From the NCBI GenBank assembly GCA_963848815.1, contig CAWKFY010000020.1, positions 74,760 through 138,759 of the forward strand: DNA of 64,000 nt, given 5' to 3'. This stretch comes from an uncultured Chloroflexia bacterium (GTDB taxonomy: Bacteria > Chloroflexota > Dehalococcoidia > GIF9 > UBA5629). The notes beneath the pieces are model-generated. The model was not told the DNA's origin and did not search any database. It was given only the letters and a program-made list of their open reading frames with translations. The translations under genes and the position numbers were made by a program. Below, in pieces: positions 21,866-32,023 of this stretch (positions are counted from its first letter, which is position 1; each line of letters begins with the position of its first letter).

Positions 21866-21966
21866 ATTAAAGAGAGCGGAATAAGTGAGTGCAGGCATAA
21901 CAGCAGCTATGGCAGCCACCAATGTCTGCCTGTTTCACTGCTGAGTATAATATGAACATAGAAGAA

Positions 21967-22711
21967 TGATTGTCAGGGAAATCCCGGCGAAAAGCATCCT
22001 GTCTGTATCTCAGATCTACGACTATGTCATTAATCCCTATACCGGCTGCCAGCATGCCTGCTCTTACTGCTATGCCCGCGTTTATGAAAAGGTTCACCGG
22101 TCATAAAGAGCCGTGGGGCGAATTTGTCGATGTCAAGGTCAATGCTCCGGACCTGCTGCAAAAAGAAATAACCCGGAAGAAACCGGGCAGGGTCTGGGTA
22201 AGCGGAGTATGCGACCCATATCAACCGCTTGAGTCAAAATATGAACTGAGCCGGCAATGCCTGGCGATACTCAAGCAGCATAAATGGCCCGTAACAGTCC
22301 AGACACGTTCGCCGCTGGTCCTGCGGGATATCGATATATTCAAAGGAATGAATGATCTTGAGGTCGGGCTCACAATCACCACCGCCGATGACAATGATGA
22401 GAAAGCTGTTTGAGCCCCATGCGCCGTCAATAAAGTCCCGGATAAAGGCGCTTGCCGGATTACATGCACAGGGTATCAGTACTTATGCCATGATTGCGCC
22501 AATGCTTCCCGGCGCAGAAGGTCTTGCTTCCATGCTTGCAGGGAAAGTTGATTATATACTGGTTGACCGAATGAATTACCACAATGCCGATTGGGTCTAC
22601 CGGAAGTATGGCCTGGATGAAAAACTCAGTGACGATTTCTTCTATCGGACAAGTCGCGAGCTCGCCTCTGGATGCGAGAAACTGGGCATCGATTGCCGTC
22701 TAGTATGTTAA
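21967..22711 (+). CDS. SPL-like radical SAM protein (frameshifted)
   Basis: NPYTGCQHACSYCYA, VCDPYQP, TRSPLVLRD. Confidence 0.85.
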
Positions 22712-22887
22712 CCTGGGAACCGTGATCTTAAACAGCCTCAATTCCTCAAGTTCTGCCCTTCTACGTTATATGACGACAGTTAGCTCTTAATAGCGTTCGT
22801 AACAGAAATCCCTTATTCGGAAGTGGTAACTAAATATGTTTGAGTCCGGTCGATCTTCCAGGGAAATTGATCAGAGACTTATCAATA

Positions 22888-24741
22888 CTATTTCTTCCTT
22901 TTTAGAAAGGGATTTATCCTGCGAAGGAATTCCCGTGCTTTATTGCGTCTTGCAGCTACACGTTTGCTTGTAGCCGATTGGTGTTCTTTCCCTAAAAAGG
23001 CCCTGCTTACCGCACGCTCGAGCAAGTTATGAAAGCCGAAACTGAATCCGAGCGAAATATATACTATCAAGGCAGAAAGCAATACGGGAAATATCATCTC
23101 ATACGTTCCGTGCGAAAAAAGCCTGGACATAAAGGGGATAAACGACAGCGCTACGAATATAATCGCAACGATGATTAAACCGTGGCGCAGGATCGTCTGG
23201 ATCTTCCGGATACCGAAACGTTGCGCGGCGGGTTGGTCTTTGATCATATGCGCTACACCTTCATCAGCAAGGTTGCTCATATTTTTCAGGACGATTATAA
23301 ATGACGGTAAACACAGTATCATCATTATGGCGCCCATTAACATACCAATCAGGTGTTTTTGCATACCGGTCAAGGTGACGATTTCATCGAAAAATTGCAG
23401 TGCAAATGTCCCTAATCCAACCAGCAAAACAATTATCAGAAGGTTGATGCCAATAATCTTGGCTGTATGTCTCACTATAAACCCGGCCACACTATCCTGA
23501 TTTACAGTGGCATAGAAAGACTGTATGCGGCCGGCAAGATGCTGATAGCTCGACTTTAGCCGGCTTGGGGAGGAGCGTTCGATCAAGGCAGCAACAGAGT
23601 CAGACACTCTGATCAGATACGGAGTTATAAAACATGTGACTGCCGTACATAGTGCTACCAACGGGTAAAGAAAAGAGGCGACTGCCGCGTTCTCCACTCC
23701 GGATTTCATAACAACGAGCGAGAACTCACCCATTTGCGGCATGCTCATGCCAACGTTCAACGCAGTCCTTCCATCATAGCCTGCAAGGAATGTAGCTATT
23801 GTATTAAAAAAGATTTTACCCACTATAAAAACAGCTATCACTATGACAGCTGGTACTACGTAACCGCCGAGTAGAGATAGGTTTATCAGCATACCCATGG
23901 TAACAAAGAATATAGCAGCAAACATCTGCCTTACGGGAGAGGTAACCTCATGAACGTCATTAGAGCTTTGGGTATCTCCAATAAGCGAGCCCATGATAAA
24001 TGCCCCGATTGCAATGGACAGCCCCAGGTATTGTCCGAAAAATGCAGAAGCAAAACATAGTGCCAGGCTGGTGATAAGCAACGCCTCTTTTGAATGGAAT
24101 TGCTGTGTAAAGCGCATAGCTTTCGGTATGAGATTCGATCCAAGGACAACTAAAACAACGATAAATACAACCAGATGCAGAGAAAACATGCCCACGGAAG
24201 CGAGGTCAGCAGTGCCGGTTGATGCAAATTCGGTTAACAAGGCGAAAACGGCAATTGAGATAATGTCTTCGACCAGCAAAGCCCCCAGCACAAGTCTAAT
24301 AAACGGAGCATTAGTCTTACCGCCATCGCTGAATATTTTCGAGACAATAGCGGAACTTGTAATTTGCATAGCATTGCCCAGGAACAGGGCGCCTATTTGT
24401 GACAGGCCTATTAGAAGGCCGATCCAATAGCCCAGGGCAATCATAGCCACACATTCAAAAATGCCGATGAAAAGGATCGAGCCTCCAGCGCTGCGAACTT
24501 TACTCCAGTTAAACTCGAGGCCTATACCAAAGAAGACCAGAACAAGCCCCAGATCGGCAAGATGACTGATGGTCTGCACGTCCGATACGAGGCTTATCGG
24601 CGGCGTATACGGTCCAACCAGCAAACCTGCTACCAGGTATCCCAGTATTGGAGGCTGTTTCAGCTTGCGAAACAGGAGCGTGACAGCGCCTGCCACCACC
24701 AGAATGACAGTGATATCTTTGACAAGTGTTAATTCTTGCAT
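22888..24741 (-). CDS. CPA2 cation:proton antiporter
   Basis: GYLVAGLLVGP, LLVEDI, FFVTMG, QMGEFS. Confidence 0.9.
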   Translation of the reverse strand: MQELTLVKDITVILVVAGAVTLLFRKLKQPPILGYLVAGLLVGPYTPPISLVSDVQTISHLADLGLVLVFFGIGLEFNWSKVRSAGGSILFIGIFECVAMIALGYWIGLLIGLSQIGALFLGNAMQITSSAIVSKIFSDGGKTNAPFIRLVLGALLVEDIISIAVFALLTEFASTGTADLASVGMFSLHLVVFIVVLVVLGSNLIPKAMRFTQQFHSKEALLITSLALCFASAFFGQYLGLSIAIGAFIMGSLIGDTQSSNDVHEVTSPVRQMFAAIFFVTMGMLINLSLLGGYVVPAVIVIAVFIVGKIFFNTIATFLAGYDGRTALNVGMSMPQMGEFSLVVMKSGVENAAVASFLYPLVALCTAVTCFITPYLIRVSDSVAALIERSSPSRLKSSYQHLAGRIQSFYATVNQDSVAGFIVRHTAKIIGINLLIIVLLVGLGTFALQFFDEIVTLTGMQKHLIGMLMGAIMMILCLPSFIIVLKNMSNLADEGVAHMIKDQPAAQRFGIRKIQTILRHGLIIVAIIFVALSFIPFMSRLFSHGTYEMIFPVLLSALIVYISLGFSFGFHNLLERAVSRAFLGKEHQSATSKRVAARRNKAREFLRRINPFLKRKK

Positions 24742-25104
24742 GTACTCGGTTGTTTTTCTTAGCTTTGACCTGTCGTGCTATTACTATCACGACAGGCCGT
24801 GATTATAGTTAAAATTGCTTCAGCAACCGGCGGCTCTATCGGGAAACGCCAAAAAGCGCTTTTGATTATATTCCCCTTGCCATATCCCCGGCAATATCTC
24901 TATGGCGCGTAAAGGCATCGGGCCCGTAATGACATTTAGTTTAACCTAGTCAAATATGGTAGCCTACGATTACATATGCAAAGGTTGCAAAAAATCCAAC
25001 GATCGACCACAGCCAGGCCCACCTCAAATACCTGAATGGCTCATTATAATGAACCGGTAGGGACTATTGCCGCTATAAAACCTGATGTATTATGCGGTAG
25101 CCCT

Positions 25105-26127
25105 ATGAAAATAACCCGTCGCCTTCACAAAGACCAGCAGGGCATGACAGGCCTGGAGACGGCCATTATCCTTATTGCTTTCGTAACTGTGGCGGCTGTA
25201 TTCGGCTACGCCATTCTGAGCGCAGGCCTCTTCTCGGCGGAGAGAGGCAAGGAAACCATCTATGCCGGACTCAACGAGGCCAAGAGCAACCTGGAGCTTT
25301 CCGGTTCGGTCATGGCCAAAAGCGATGACAGCGTCAATGTAAGGTCTATCCTCTTCACAGTCAAGAACGCCATCGCAGGCAACCCCATCGACATGACGCC
25401 CAATGACGGCAGCGGCCACAATAAATGCGTCATCAGCCTCAAGACCAATAACGACTATATCGACAACGTGAAATGGTCCTTCGTCCCCATCGGCGCCGAC
25501 AACGGCAACAACCTTCTGGAAACAGGCGAACAGTTCGAGATCACGGTTGACCTGACCGACCTCGGCTCTGCCGGGTCTCTCAGCGAGAACCTGACGGCCA
25601 ACCAAACATTCACCCTGCAGGTCAAACCGTCGCTGGGCTCCAGCATAACCATCCAGCGGACTTTGCCTCCCGCCATTGGTCCTGTGATGGACCTTGACCT
25701 TATGACCAGCTTTGGCGGCGGCCATTCAACGCAGGCCAGCGAGAATGCCAGCGGCGGTGGCGGGACGCCGGCTCTCACATGCACAGACGTACAGGCATTC
25801 TATATGAGCAACAATATAGCCAACCTTCACTTCTACTTACAGGATAACGGAACTGGTCCAGCTCATATCAGCCCGTCAGGTATTACCATTGCTGTCGATG
25901 GCGGTGGCGCTGTGGTCCCAAGCTGGTGGGTCAATTTCGAAAGCACAAATCCATTTGCAGTAGGGGAAACCTGTCACATAGGAATCGATTTGACATCTGC
26001 ACCGGTTGTGACCCTGCTGCTCGGCGACACGTTTACAGTGACCGTAACACCGGATGGCGGGCCTACACTCACCATAACCAGGACGTTACCGGGCGTGTTG
26101 AGTGCGGGCTACACCGATCTGCCCTAA
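25105..26127 (+). CDS. archaellin (archaeal-type flagellin)-like protein with duplicated globular domain
   Basis: class III signal KDQQG|MTGLETAIILIAFVTVAAVF; C-terminal FTLQVKP...ITIQRTLP motif present twice. Confidence 0.85.
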   Translation: MKITRRLHKDQQGMTGLETAIILIAFVTVAAVFGYAILSAGLFSAERGKETIYAGLNEAKSNLELSGSVMAKSDDSVNVRSILFTVKNAIAGNPIDMTPNDGSGHNKCVISLKTNNDYIDNVKWSFVPIGADNGNNLLETGEQFEITVDLTDLGSAGSLSENLTANQTFTLQVKPSLGSSITIQRTLPPAIGPVMDLDLMTSFGGGHSTQASENASGGGGTPALTCTDVQAFYMSNNIANLHFYLQDNGTGPAHISPSGITIAVDGGGAVVPSWWVNFESTNPFAVGETCHIGIDLTSAPVVTLLLGDTFTVTVTPDGGPTLTITRTLPGVLSAGYTDLP

Positions 26128-26252
26128 GGCATTTCGAGGATTGCCCGCCGGGAAGCAGGCAACAGCTCGACCAGCGAGAACTGCAGCCGGTGTATGCCAA
26201 ACCGCCAACTGATGCTTCAAAAGAGATTCCTGCGAAGATTAATAATATCAGA

Positions 26253-26293
26253 TGGTGGCAGCGACTGGATTCGAACTAGTGATCGGGGCTTAT
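26253..26293 (-). repeat. tRNA(CAT) 3'-half copy 10
   Basis: tggtggcagcgactggattcgaactagtgatcggggcttat. Confidence 0.92.
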
Positions 26294-26752
26294 TTCTACA
26301 ATTGTGTATTTGACTATACCACCTGGCGTGGGAATCTTAACCTTATCTTTGACTGCATGTCCCATAAGGGCTCTACCCACTGGTGAGTCATTCGAAATTT
26401 TACCATCCGCAGGATTAGATTCAACACGACCTACTATAGTAAACTGCTCAACTTTATTGTCTTGATCAAGAAGTGAAACTTTACTCCCAAAGCCCACCTT
26501 GCGAGAATCAGTTGCCTCACGCATAACCACGGCTTGATTTATCATCCCTTCGATGGTTAGTATCCTTCCCTCGATTTGTCCTTGCTCATTTTTGGCATAG
26601 TCATACTCGGCATTTTCAAGGATGCCGCCGTTCTCTCGTGACACACGCAAGTTCTCGATCACTTCGAGTCTGCGCACGTCACGTAAATGTTCTAGCTCCG
26701 CTTCAAGCTTCAGAATCCCTTCTTTAGTCATCAAAATTTGTTTTACTACCAT
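26276..26752 (-). CDS. greA: transcription elongation factor GreA
   Basis: ENAEYDYAKNEQ, ISNDSPVGRAL. Confidence 0.93.
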   Translation of the reverse strand: MVVKQILMTKEGILKLEAELEHLRDVRRLEVIENLRVSRENGGILENAEYDYAKNEQGQIEGRILTIEGMINQAVVMREATDSRKVGFGSKVSLLDQDNKVEQFTIVGRVESNPADGKISNDSPVGRALMGHAVKDKVKIPTPGGIVKYTIVEISPDH

Positions 26753-27029
26753 ATTGTTCTCCTCCTAAAGTTGAAATAGGATATTGCCAGGCATGTTAAA
26801 AGTAACAAATATTAGCAGCTCTAACCTCTGGATTTAGAGAACTTATTGTTTTATTGACTTAGAAAACGAAAAAGCCGAAAAATAGTTTATGGCTTCTTAA
26901 CCAGGCTCTCAGTACCCTGGAATCTACAATGAAGTTGGGATAAATAGAACTATTTTCTTCGATCAAAGGATTGCCATGGCACTTCGTGCGTCGCAATTAC
27001 ATGGGAAGAAGCTGTGGATTTAAAAGGAA

Positions 27030-27075
27030 TGGTGGCAGCGACTGGATTCGAACTAGTGACCAGGAGCTTATGAGT
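27030..27075 (-). repeat. tRNA(CAT) 3'-half copy 9
   Basis: tggtggcagcgactggattcgaactagtgaccaggagcttatgagt. Confidence 0.93.
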
Positions 27076-27209
27076 GCCCATTGTTGTTTATTATCCTGCT
27101 GTAAACTTTGCTTTACGGCGTCGTACAGGATAGATATACTTTAGCCCAGCAATGTACCCATGATTTTAGATTGTGTGCGACCGAAGCTTATTTTTACGGA
27201 GGGGAAATC

Positions 27210-27768
27210 ATGAAAACCAAAATGGTATGGCTCTACGCACGTTATCCTGGCCGTCCTGGCGATCGTTCTGCCTCTATTTAATATCCCGCTGACAGTGGGT
27301 AATCCCAATCTTGGCTCGACGCCGGCTACGCTGGCAGCAGTCTGTTTGCCGTGGCCTTTCGGCATCGTTATCGCCCTGATTAAGGGCATTTCATCATCCA
27401 TAATATCGGGGAGGCCGTGGGTTGAGATGCCTGCAGGCATCGGTGACATATTCATGGCTATCTTTACTTACTGGCTGGTAAAACACATGCACAGAGGATG
27501 GGCGGCGGCACTGGGGCAGCTTTCACGGCTGGTATTGACCAGCGGCACCGTTGCGCTCTGTGCCAGTGCGGCCTTTGCGCTCAACTTTCTCACTCCGGCC
27601 ACATCGCCCATCCCGGGCCTGACATCGTCGTTCTTTTCCAACCTGGGGATTGGCTGGATATCGATGACCTTCTGGGCGATAGTCCTCTCCGCAGCGGTAA
27701 ACGGCATAGTCTCGGTGATAATTGTGCTGTTATTCTCGCGCCCTATAGAAAACAGTTTGAAAAAATGA
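27210..27768 (+). CDS. membrane protein, ECF S-component-like (frameshift near the start)
   Basis: GGAGG + ATG at 27210; hydrophobic helices. Confidence 0.55.
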
Positions 27769-27813
27769 GAGAGCGTACAGGGACTCTGCGATAGCGTAAT
27801 AAGCTAAAAGATT

Positions 27814-27856
27814 TGGTGATAACGGCCGGGACTGAACCGGAGACCAGGGGCTTGTG
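27814..27856 (-). repeat. tRNA(CAT) 3'-half copy 8 (strongly diverged)
   Basis: tggtgataacggccgggactgaaccggagaccaggggcttgtg. Confidence 0.7.
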
Positions 27857-27885
27857 CATGACTGGATGTTTTAGGGAATAATCGG

Positions 27886-27920
27886 GGGAGGGAACAGGCT
27901 TCGTAATCCTGTTCCCTCCC
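27886..27920. terminator. hairpin, probable terminator
   Basis: GGGAGGGAACAGG-N9-CCTGTTCCCTCCC perfect 13-bp stem between convergent genes. Confidence 0.6.
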
Positions 27921-27933
27921 TGATAATCCCGGA

Positions 27934-28350
27934 TCAGCGATGCTGAATTTGTGGGCTGGATTGATTTGGTGAGACGGGCTGGGCGGCCTGCGCCGGTCGT
28001 GCAGTCTGCATAGACTGGTCCCAGGTAGTTCCATGAGTGTTGGAAAGCGAGACCGTAACCGGCTCATCCACCACTCCCGGCTGTGCAGAAACAACATAGG
28101 TATTCTGCTGCTGTTCGGACTGGACTTCACTCAACGACTGCTGCGCTGATTGGAGCTGTTGCTGCGTTGAGGCGAGCGCCTGCTGAGTCGAATTAAGTGA
28201 GACGCCCAGAGAATTGACCTGATTCTGCAGGCTAAAGACCTGGTCACTGGTTGCATACGAAGAGGCGCAACCAGTCGCCATTAAGACTGCTGACAGGGCC
28301 AGGGCTAGTGAAACAATAAAGATTTTGCTTTTCATTTTGTACCTCCTCAT
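27934..28350 (-). CDS. Gln-rich coiled-coil lipoprotein
   Basis: signal ending ATGC lipobox; heptad Q/L pattern. Confidence 0.65.
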   Translation of the reverse strand: MRRYKMKSKIFIVSLALALSAVLMATGCASSYATSDQVFSLQNQVNSLGVSLNSTQQALASTQQQLQSAQQSLSEVQSEQQQNTYVVSAQPGVVDEPVTVSLSNTHGTTWDQSMQTARPAQAAQPVSPNQSSPQIQHR

Positions 28351-28534
28351 TTATTATTTAATTCTCAGTATAGAGTCAAAACCATGAGATTGCTTGATAG
28401 CCGGCTTATAAAAATCTGATATCAAACTTATATCTGCGTGATGGGCAAATAATTTCTAAATATTTAACAAGTTTTTTAAAGACTAATACATAGCCTATAA
28501 ATATCATCCGGCATTTATAGCTTTGAGCATACTA

Positions 28535-28570
28535 TTAGAAACCTTTAAGTTTGTCGGCATAGCATTCCGG
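28535..28570 (-). pseudogene. putative tyrosine-integrase N-terminal remnant
   Basis: ECYADKLKGF* matches ECYSDKLKGF at about 41.7 kb; lies just 3' of a tRNA fragment. Confidence 0.5.
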
Positions 28571-28615
28571 GGTTTGCTTCGCTATGCTCGTAATGACATG
28601 GTGAAATGAAAGGTT

Positions 28616-28645
28616 TAGTGACAGCGACTGAGATTGAACCAGTGA
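28616..28645 (-). repeat. tRNA(CAT) 3'-end copy 7 (truncated)
   Basis: tagtgacagcgactgagattgaaccagtga. Confidence 0.75.
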
Positions 28646-28738
28646 ATTTTCGCCGTAGATTTCATTTTTAACATTCGTTCCCGCAAGCCTTAACAGAAGT
28701 CGCCCTACTGTGAATGCGAATATAACCACATAAGATCG

Positions 28739-29791
28739 TCACTTCTCTAAATAGCTGCCGTCTGTCCTTAGGCACAAATTGAACCCAAGAGAATCCCCAA
28801 CCGGATCATATAGCCTAATGTAGTCTTTGGCCTTTTTACCATCGTATGAAATATAAGACCGTGTATCAATATTTTGTGTGTCAGATATTCTTTCATAGGC
28901 TAAGGCGACATATGATGCGTCCGGCACCGCAGGACCTTGCGACTGGAATAAATTGCTCTCGGTAATTACCTCTACGGTAAAATCACCGTCAACGGTTAAA
29001 TTATCAACCGGAATATTCTTCCATTCCGCTTTGGGAGAAACAGTATAAGTATCAGTGCTGCGGAAATAGCTCCAGGGAATTAGCTTGTTCCATATTTGAG
29101 CGCCGTTTTGGTCCAGTATCCTGACAACGATGTGATGTTTATCATACTCGCCCAGCGGGCCAACCGTATAATATGCGATTCCGCAGAGATTTATTCCTTG
29201 AATTCTATATGGCAGTCTGTCAGGCGAAAATGTCGTCGCCAATCCCCAGCCCCGTTGATTTAACAATGTTTCATCATCAACGTTATCAATGTTTGCACTG
29301 CTGGCAACACTGGCAAGTCTATATCCGCCGGAGTAATCTGCAGCCACGATAAACATGCCTCTCACTCCCTGGCCCGTAATACTCGGGAGTATGATGAGGG
29401 GAGACGCTTGTGTCTCAGAGTCTGTACTGCTCACAGCATTTCCGGTGTCCCCCCGACAAACCAGGCTTCCATACGAAATAGAGCTGCACTTACAGTTTGT
29501 GTGCCATATGGCAATTTGGTCATGCTGATACTCATCGTTCTTATTGGTTAGAATGTCATAGCGGAGGCTAAGCGGCTTCCAAACCTCTTCAGGCATCGGC
29601 GTCAACACGTTGACAGGTTCTCCTTTAGATCCTGAATATTGCTTGGATGCGGTGTTTTCCGCCGGTTGAGAAGTATTGCTGATCGCCGAAGCGCATGCCG
29701 AATATACCGCCAACATGCTGACAGCCAAGGCTATCAGGATGTAACCCGTGATACCGGAGAGGCTGCAATTCATCTTCTCCATAACAACCAC
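28739..29791 (-). CDS. hypothetical lipoprotein
   Basis: hydrophobic signal ending YSAC; 350 aa. Confidence 0.65.
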   Translation of the reverse strand: MVVMEKMNCSLSGITGYILIALAVSMLAVYSACASAISNTSQPAENTASKQYSGSKGEPVNVLTPMPEEVWKPLSLRYDILTNKNDEYQHDQIAIWHTNCKCSSISYGSLVCRGDTGNAVSSTDSETQASPLIILPSITGQGVRGMFIVAADYSGGYRLASVASSANIDNVDDETLLNQRGWGLATTFSPDRLPYRIQGINLCGIAYYTVGPLGEYDKHHIVVRILDQNGAQIWNKLIPWSYFRSTDTYTVSPKAEWKNIPVDNLTVDGDFTVEVITESNLFQSQGPAVPDASYVALAYERISDTQNIDTRSYISYDGKKAKDYIRLYDPVGDSLGFNLCLRTDGSYLEK

Positions 29792-30029
29792 CTTCCCCTC
29801 GAAACTATTGATTTTGCAGATAATCCATCTAAATTATACAAGCTAATATATACATATTCCATTCAGATATTTGTAGATGTATGCTTGAGATAGAGCCGGC
29901 GTTTATATTGAAGCTGACCATGCCCAGGCTAGTGTTGACCGCGGCTGAGACCACATAATATGGCATACCTATAATACAGCATGTCAACGGCCTGTACTGG
30001 AGTATAATCTATTTAGCGACTGAGGTATG

Positions 30030-30315
30030 CAAGGAGGACATTTCAGCGGAAACCAAAGAAGTCATCTCCAAAATACATTGGGCATTGGATGAAGCTGCCC
30101 AAGGCAATACTGATGGATTGGACCAGATCCACGACCCTGACATCGTAATCCATTTGTATCCCTTCCCGGACATCAAAGGGCTGCAAGTGGAGAAACAAAG
30201 CCGGGTTTCCGCATGGAAAGGGTTTCCCGACGTGCGCACCGAATGGGAAGGGACCATAAGCGAAGGTGATACCCTCGTTGCCCGGTATACTGTGCGTGTC
30301 AAACATACGGCGTAA
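30030..30315 (+). pseudogene. SnoaL/ester-cyclase-like fragment
   Basis: GFPDVRTEWEGTISEGDTLVARYT; truncated, no clear start. Confidence 0.5.
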
Positions 30316-30407
30316 ATCCTCAGTTTCCAGTGCGGCCGACGGGCAAAGAAATGGTCCTGAGAGTTTGTTTTATTTCCTACCGGTCAGCTTCAATTCACAT
30401 AATACAA

Positions 30408-30977
30408 CTAATACAGCCTTAGCTGGCTGTCGATCTCTTTGGTGCAATCCTCAAACGGGGGAAACATCTTAGCCTTTATGACGCCTTCGCTGTCGAGAAA
30501 GAACATCCCCGGCTGCTTGTCGGGTATGTACATGTTGAGGATAGCTGCGTCGGTATCGAGGACGACCGGGTTTTTTACTTCGAACAGCTTCGTCCAGCGT
30601 TCAACGTCCTGGACCCTCTCATGGGGCATGATAGCCAGCACTTCCAACTGCTCCCGCGGCCAGTTGGCATAAACCTGCTGAAGGCATGTGGTCATCTCCA
30701 GGCATGAAGAACAGTCGGTCGAAAGGAACGCCAGGATCACCTTTTTCCCCTTCAATGAGTCCAAGGAAATCATTGCTCCGTCCGGAGTGGGCAGAGTGAA
30801 GCCCGGAGCGGGACAGCCAATATCAACACAGGATGCTGTTGAAGCTGCGGTCCGGTTTTCGGTGGTCGGTTCTTGCCCGCCAGCCGGCTGGACCTGTGCA
30901 AGCGAAGGATTCTCGCTGATCGCCGGCCGCGCAGCGCAGGAGCAGAGAATAAGCAAAGCCGGGGCAATAAGGACCAC
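30408..30977 (-). CDS. TlpA/redoxin family lipoprotein
   Basis: APGFTL, CSSC, FFLDSEGVI. Confidence 0.85.
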   Translation of the reverse strand: MVLIAPALLILCSCAARPAISENPSLAQVQPAGGQEPTTENRTAASTASCVDIGCPAPGFTLPTPDGAMISLDSLKGKKVILAFLSTDCSSCLEMTTCLQQVYANWPREQLEVLAIMPHERVQDVERWTKLFEVKNPVVLDTDAAILNMYIPDKQPGMFFLDSEGVIKAKMFPPFEDCTKEIDSQLRLY

Positions 30978-31013
30978 TTTTAGCAGGATCAGAATCTCAC
31001 ACGCATATTCGTA

Positions 31014-31760
31014 TCAATAACGAACAGGATTACCGTTAAGATCCGTCTGATAAACGTCGAATTTAACAGACCCTGTTGCCGTGTGGCCCAGTTTGTCGCT
31101 GATATGAACGTTCACAGTATATTGCCCCGGGACCCCCGGTGGTAACCAGCCTACCCGGCTGGCTTTACCCTCTTCAATGCCGTCGCCCGAAAGCTGACCC
31201 CCCGGCGCAGACCATACTATTGTTAATTGGTTCGGGTCTGCGTTGGTGAAGGTACATTGTATCTCTGAAACGGTGCCGGTAGGCACACTTTTGGAGACCG
31301 TCACCGGGCTTAACGGGGGAAATACAAAGTTCAGGTAAATGGTGTTGTCTACAGGCTGGCTGTATGGGGGATCCACTTCAAATGCTCTGCTTTGCATGGC
31401 TTGAGCTCCGGCTTCATTGGTCACTTTAACGGTTACCGTGTACTGTCCGGCCGTACCCGGCGTTGTCCATGTAACCTGCGGACCATCTCCTCGCAGTGTT
31501 CCTTTGTCGACAGACCAGCTATAGGTCAGTTTGGTGCCCTGGGGGTCTGTTGCCTGACAGGATAGCGAACCACTGGAAGCAGTGGTCCAATACAAGTTGC
31601 CCACTATTCCATTAATGATGGGAGGTTCGACAGCCGGCTGCGAGGCCGGTTCACTTGCCGGCGGAGGTGTTACAACTGGTTGCGGCGCAGTGGAGCAGGC
31701 AGCCGCCGATAATATAAGAACCGCTGTAATGGGTAGCAGACCCGCGCACAATTTATTCAT
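31014..31760 (-). CDS. lipoprotein with two PKD/Ig-like domains
   Basis: AAAC lipobox; LTYSWS...WTTP..GQYTVTV repeated. Confidence 0.75.
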   Translation of the reverse strand: MNKLCAGLLPITAVLILSAAACSTAPQPVVTPPPASEPASQPAVEPPIINGIVGNLYWTTASSGSLSCQATDPQGTKLTYSWSVDKGTLRGDGPQVTWTTPGTAGQYTVTVKVTNEAGAQAMQSRAFEVDPPYSQPVDNTIYLNFVFPPLSPVTVSKSVPTGTVSEIQCTFTNADPNQLTIVWSAPGGQLSGDGIEEGKASRVGWLPPGVPGQYTVNVHISDKLGHTATGSVKFDVYQTDLNGNPVRY

Positions 31761-32023
31761 GCTATTTCTTTTTGTTTGACGCGGTGTTAAAAAATTCGCC
31801 TCATCATGCCAAAGCATTATGATCAAATAGTCCATGCTTCCGCAGCTATAAGCTATAACTGAAATTCCATTTTTTGGTTGCAGAAATATTCAGCCTGGCC
31901 TGAGAAATTTTTAATTATATTAAATGCTATATAAATTCTGACGGTTATGAGCTGATTTCCACCATGGTATTCTTTGCCGTCAAGCGGGACTATCTGCGAA
32001 ACAACTGAACAATATTAAGAAAC

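Noticed and set aside
31874-31900. Possible additional tRNA fragment (TGGTTGCAG)
   Set aside because: Only about 9 nt match, with no T-arm similarity.
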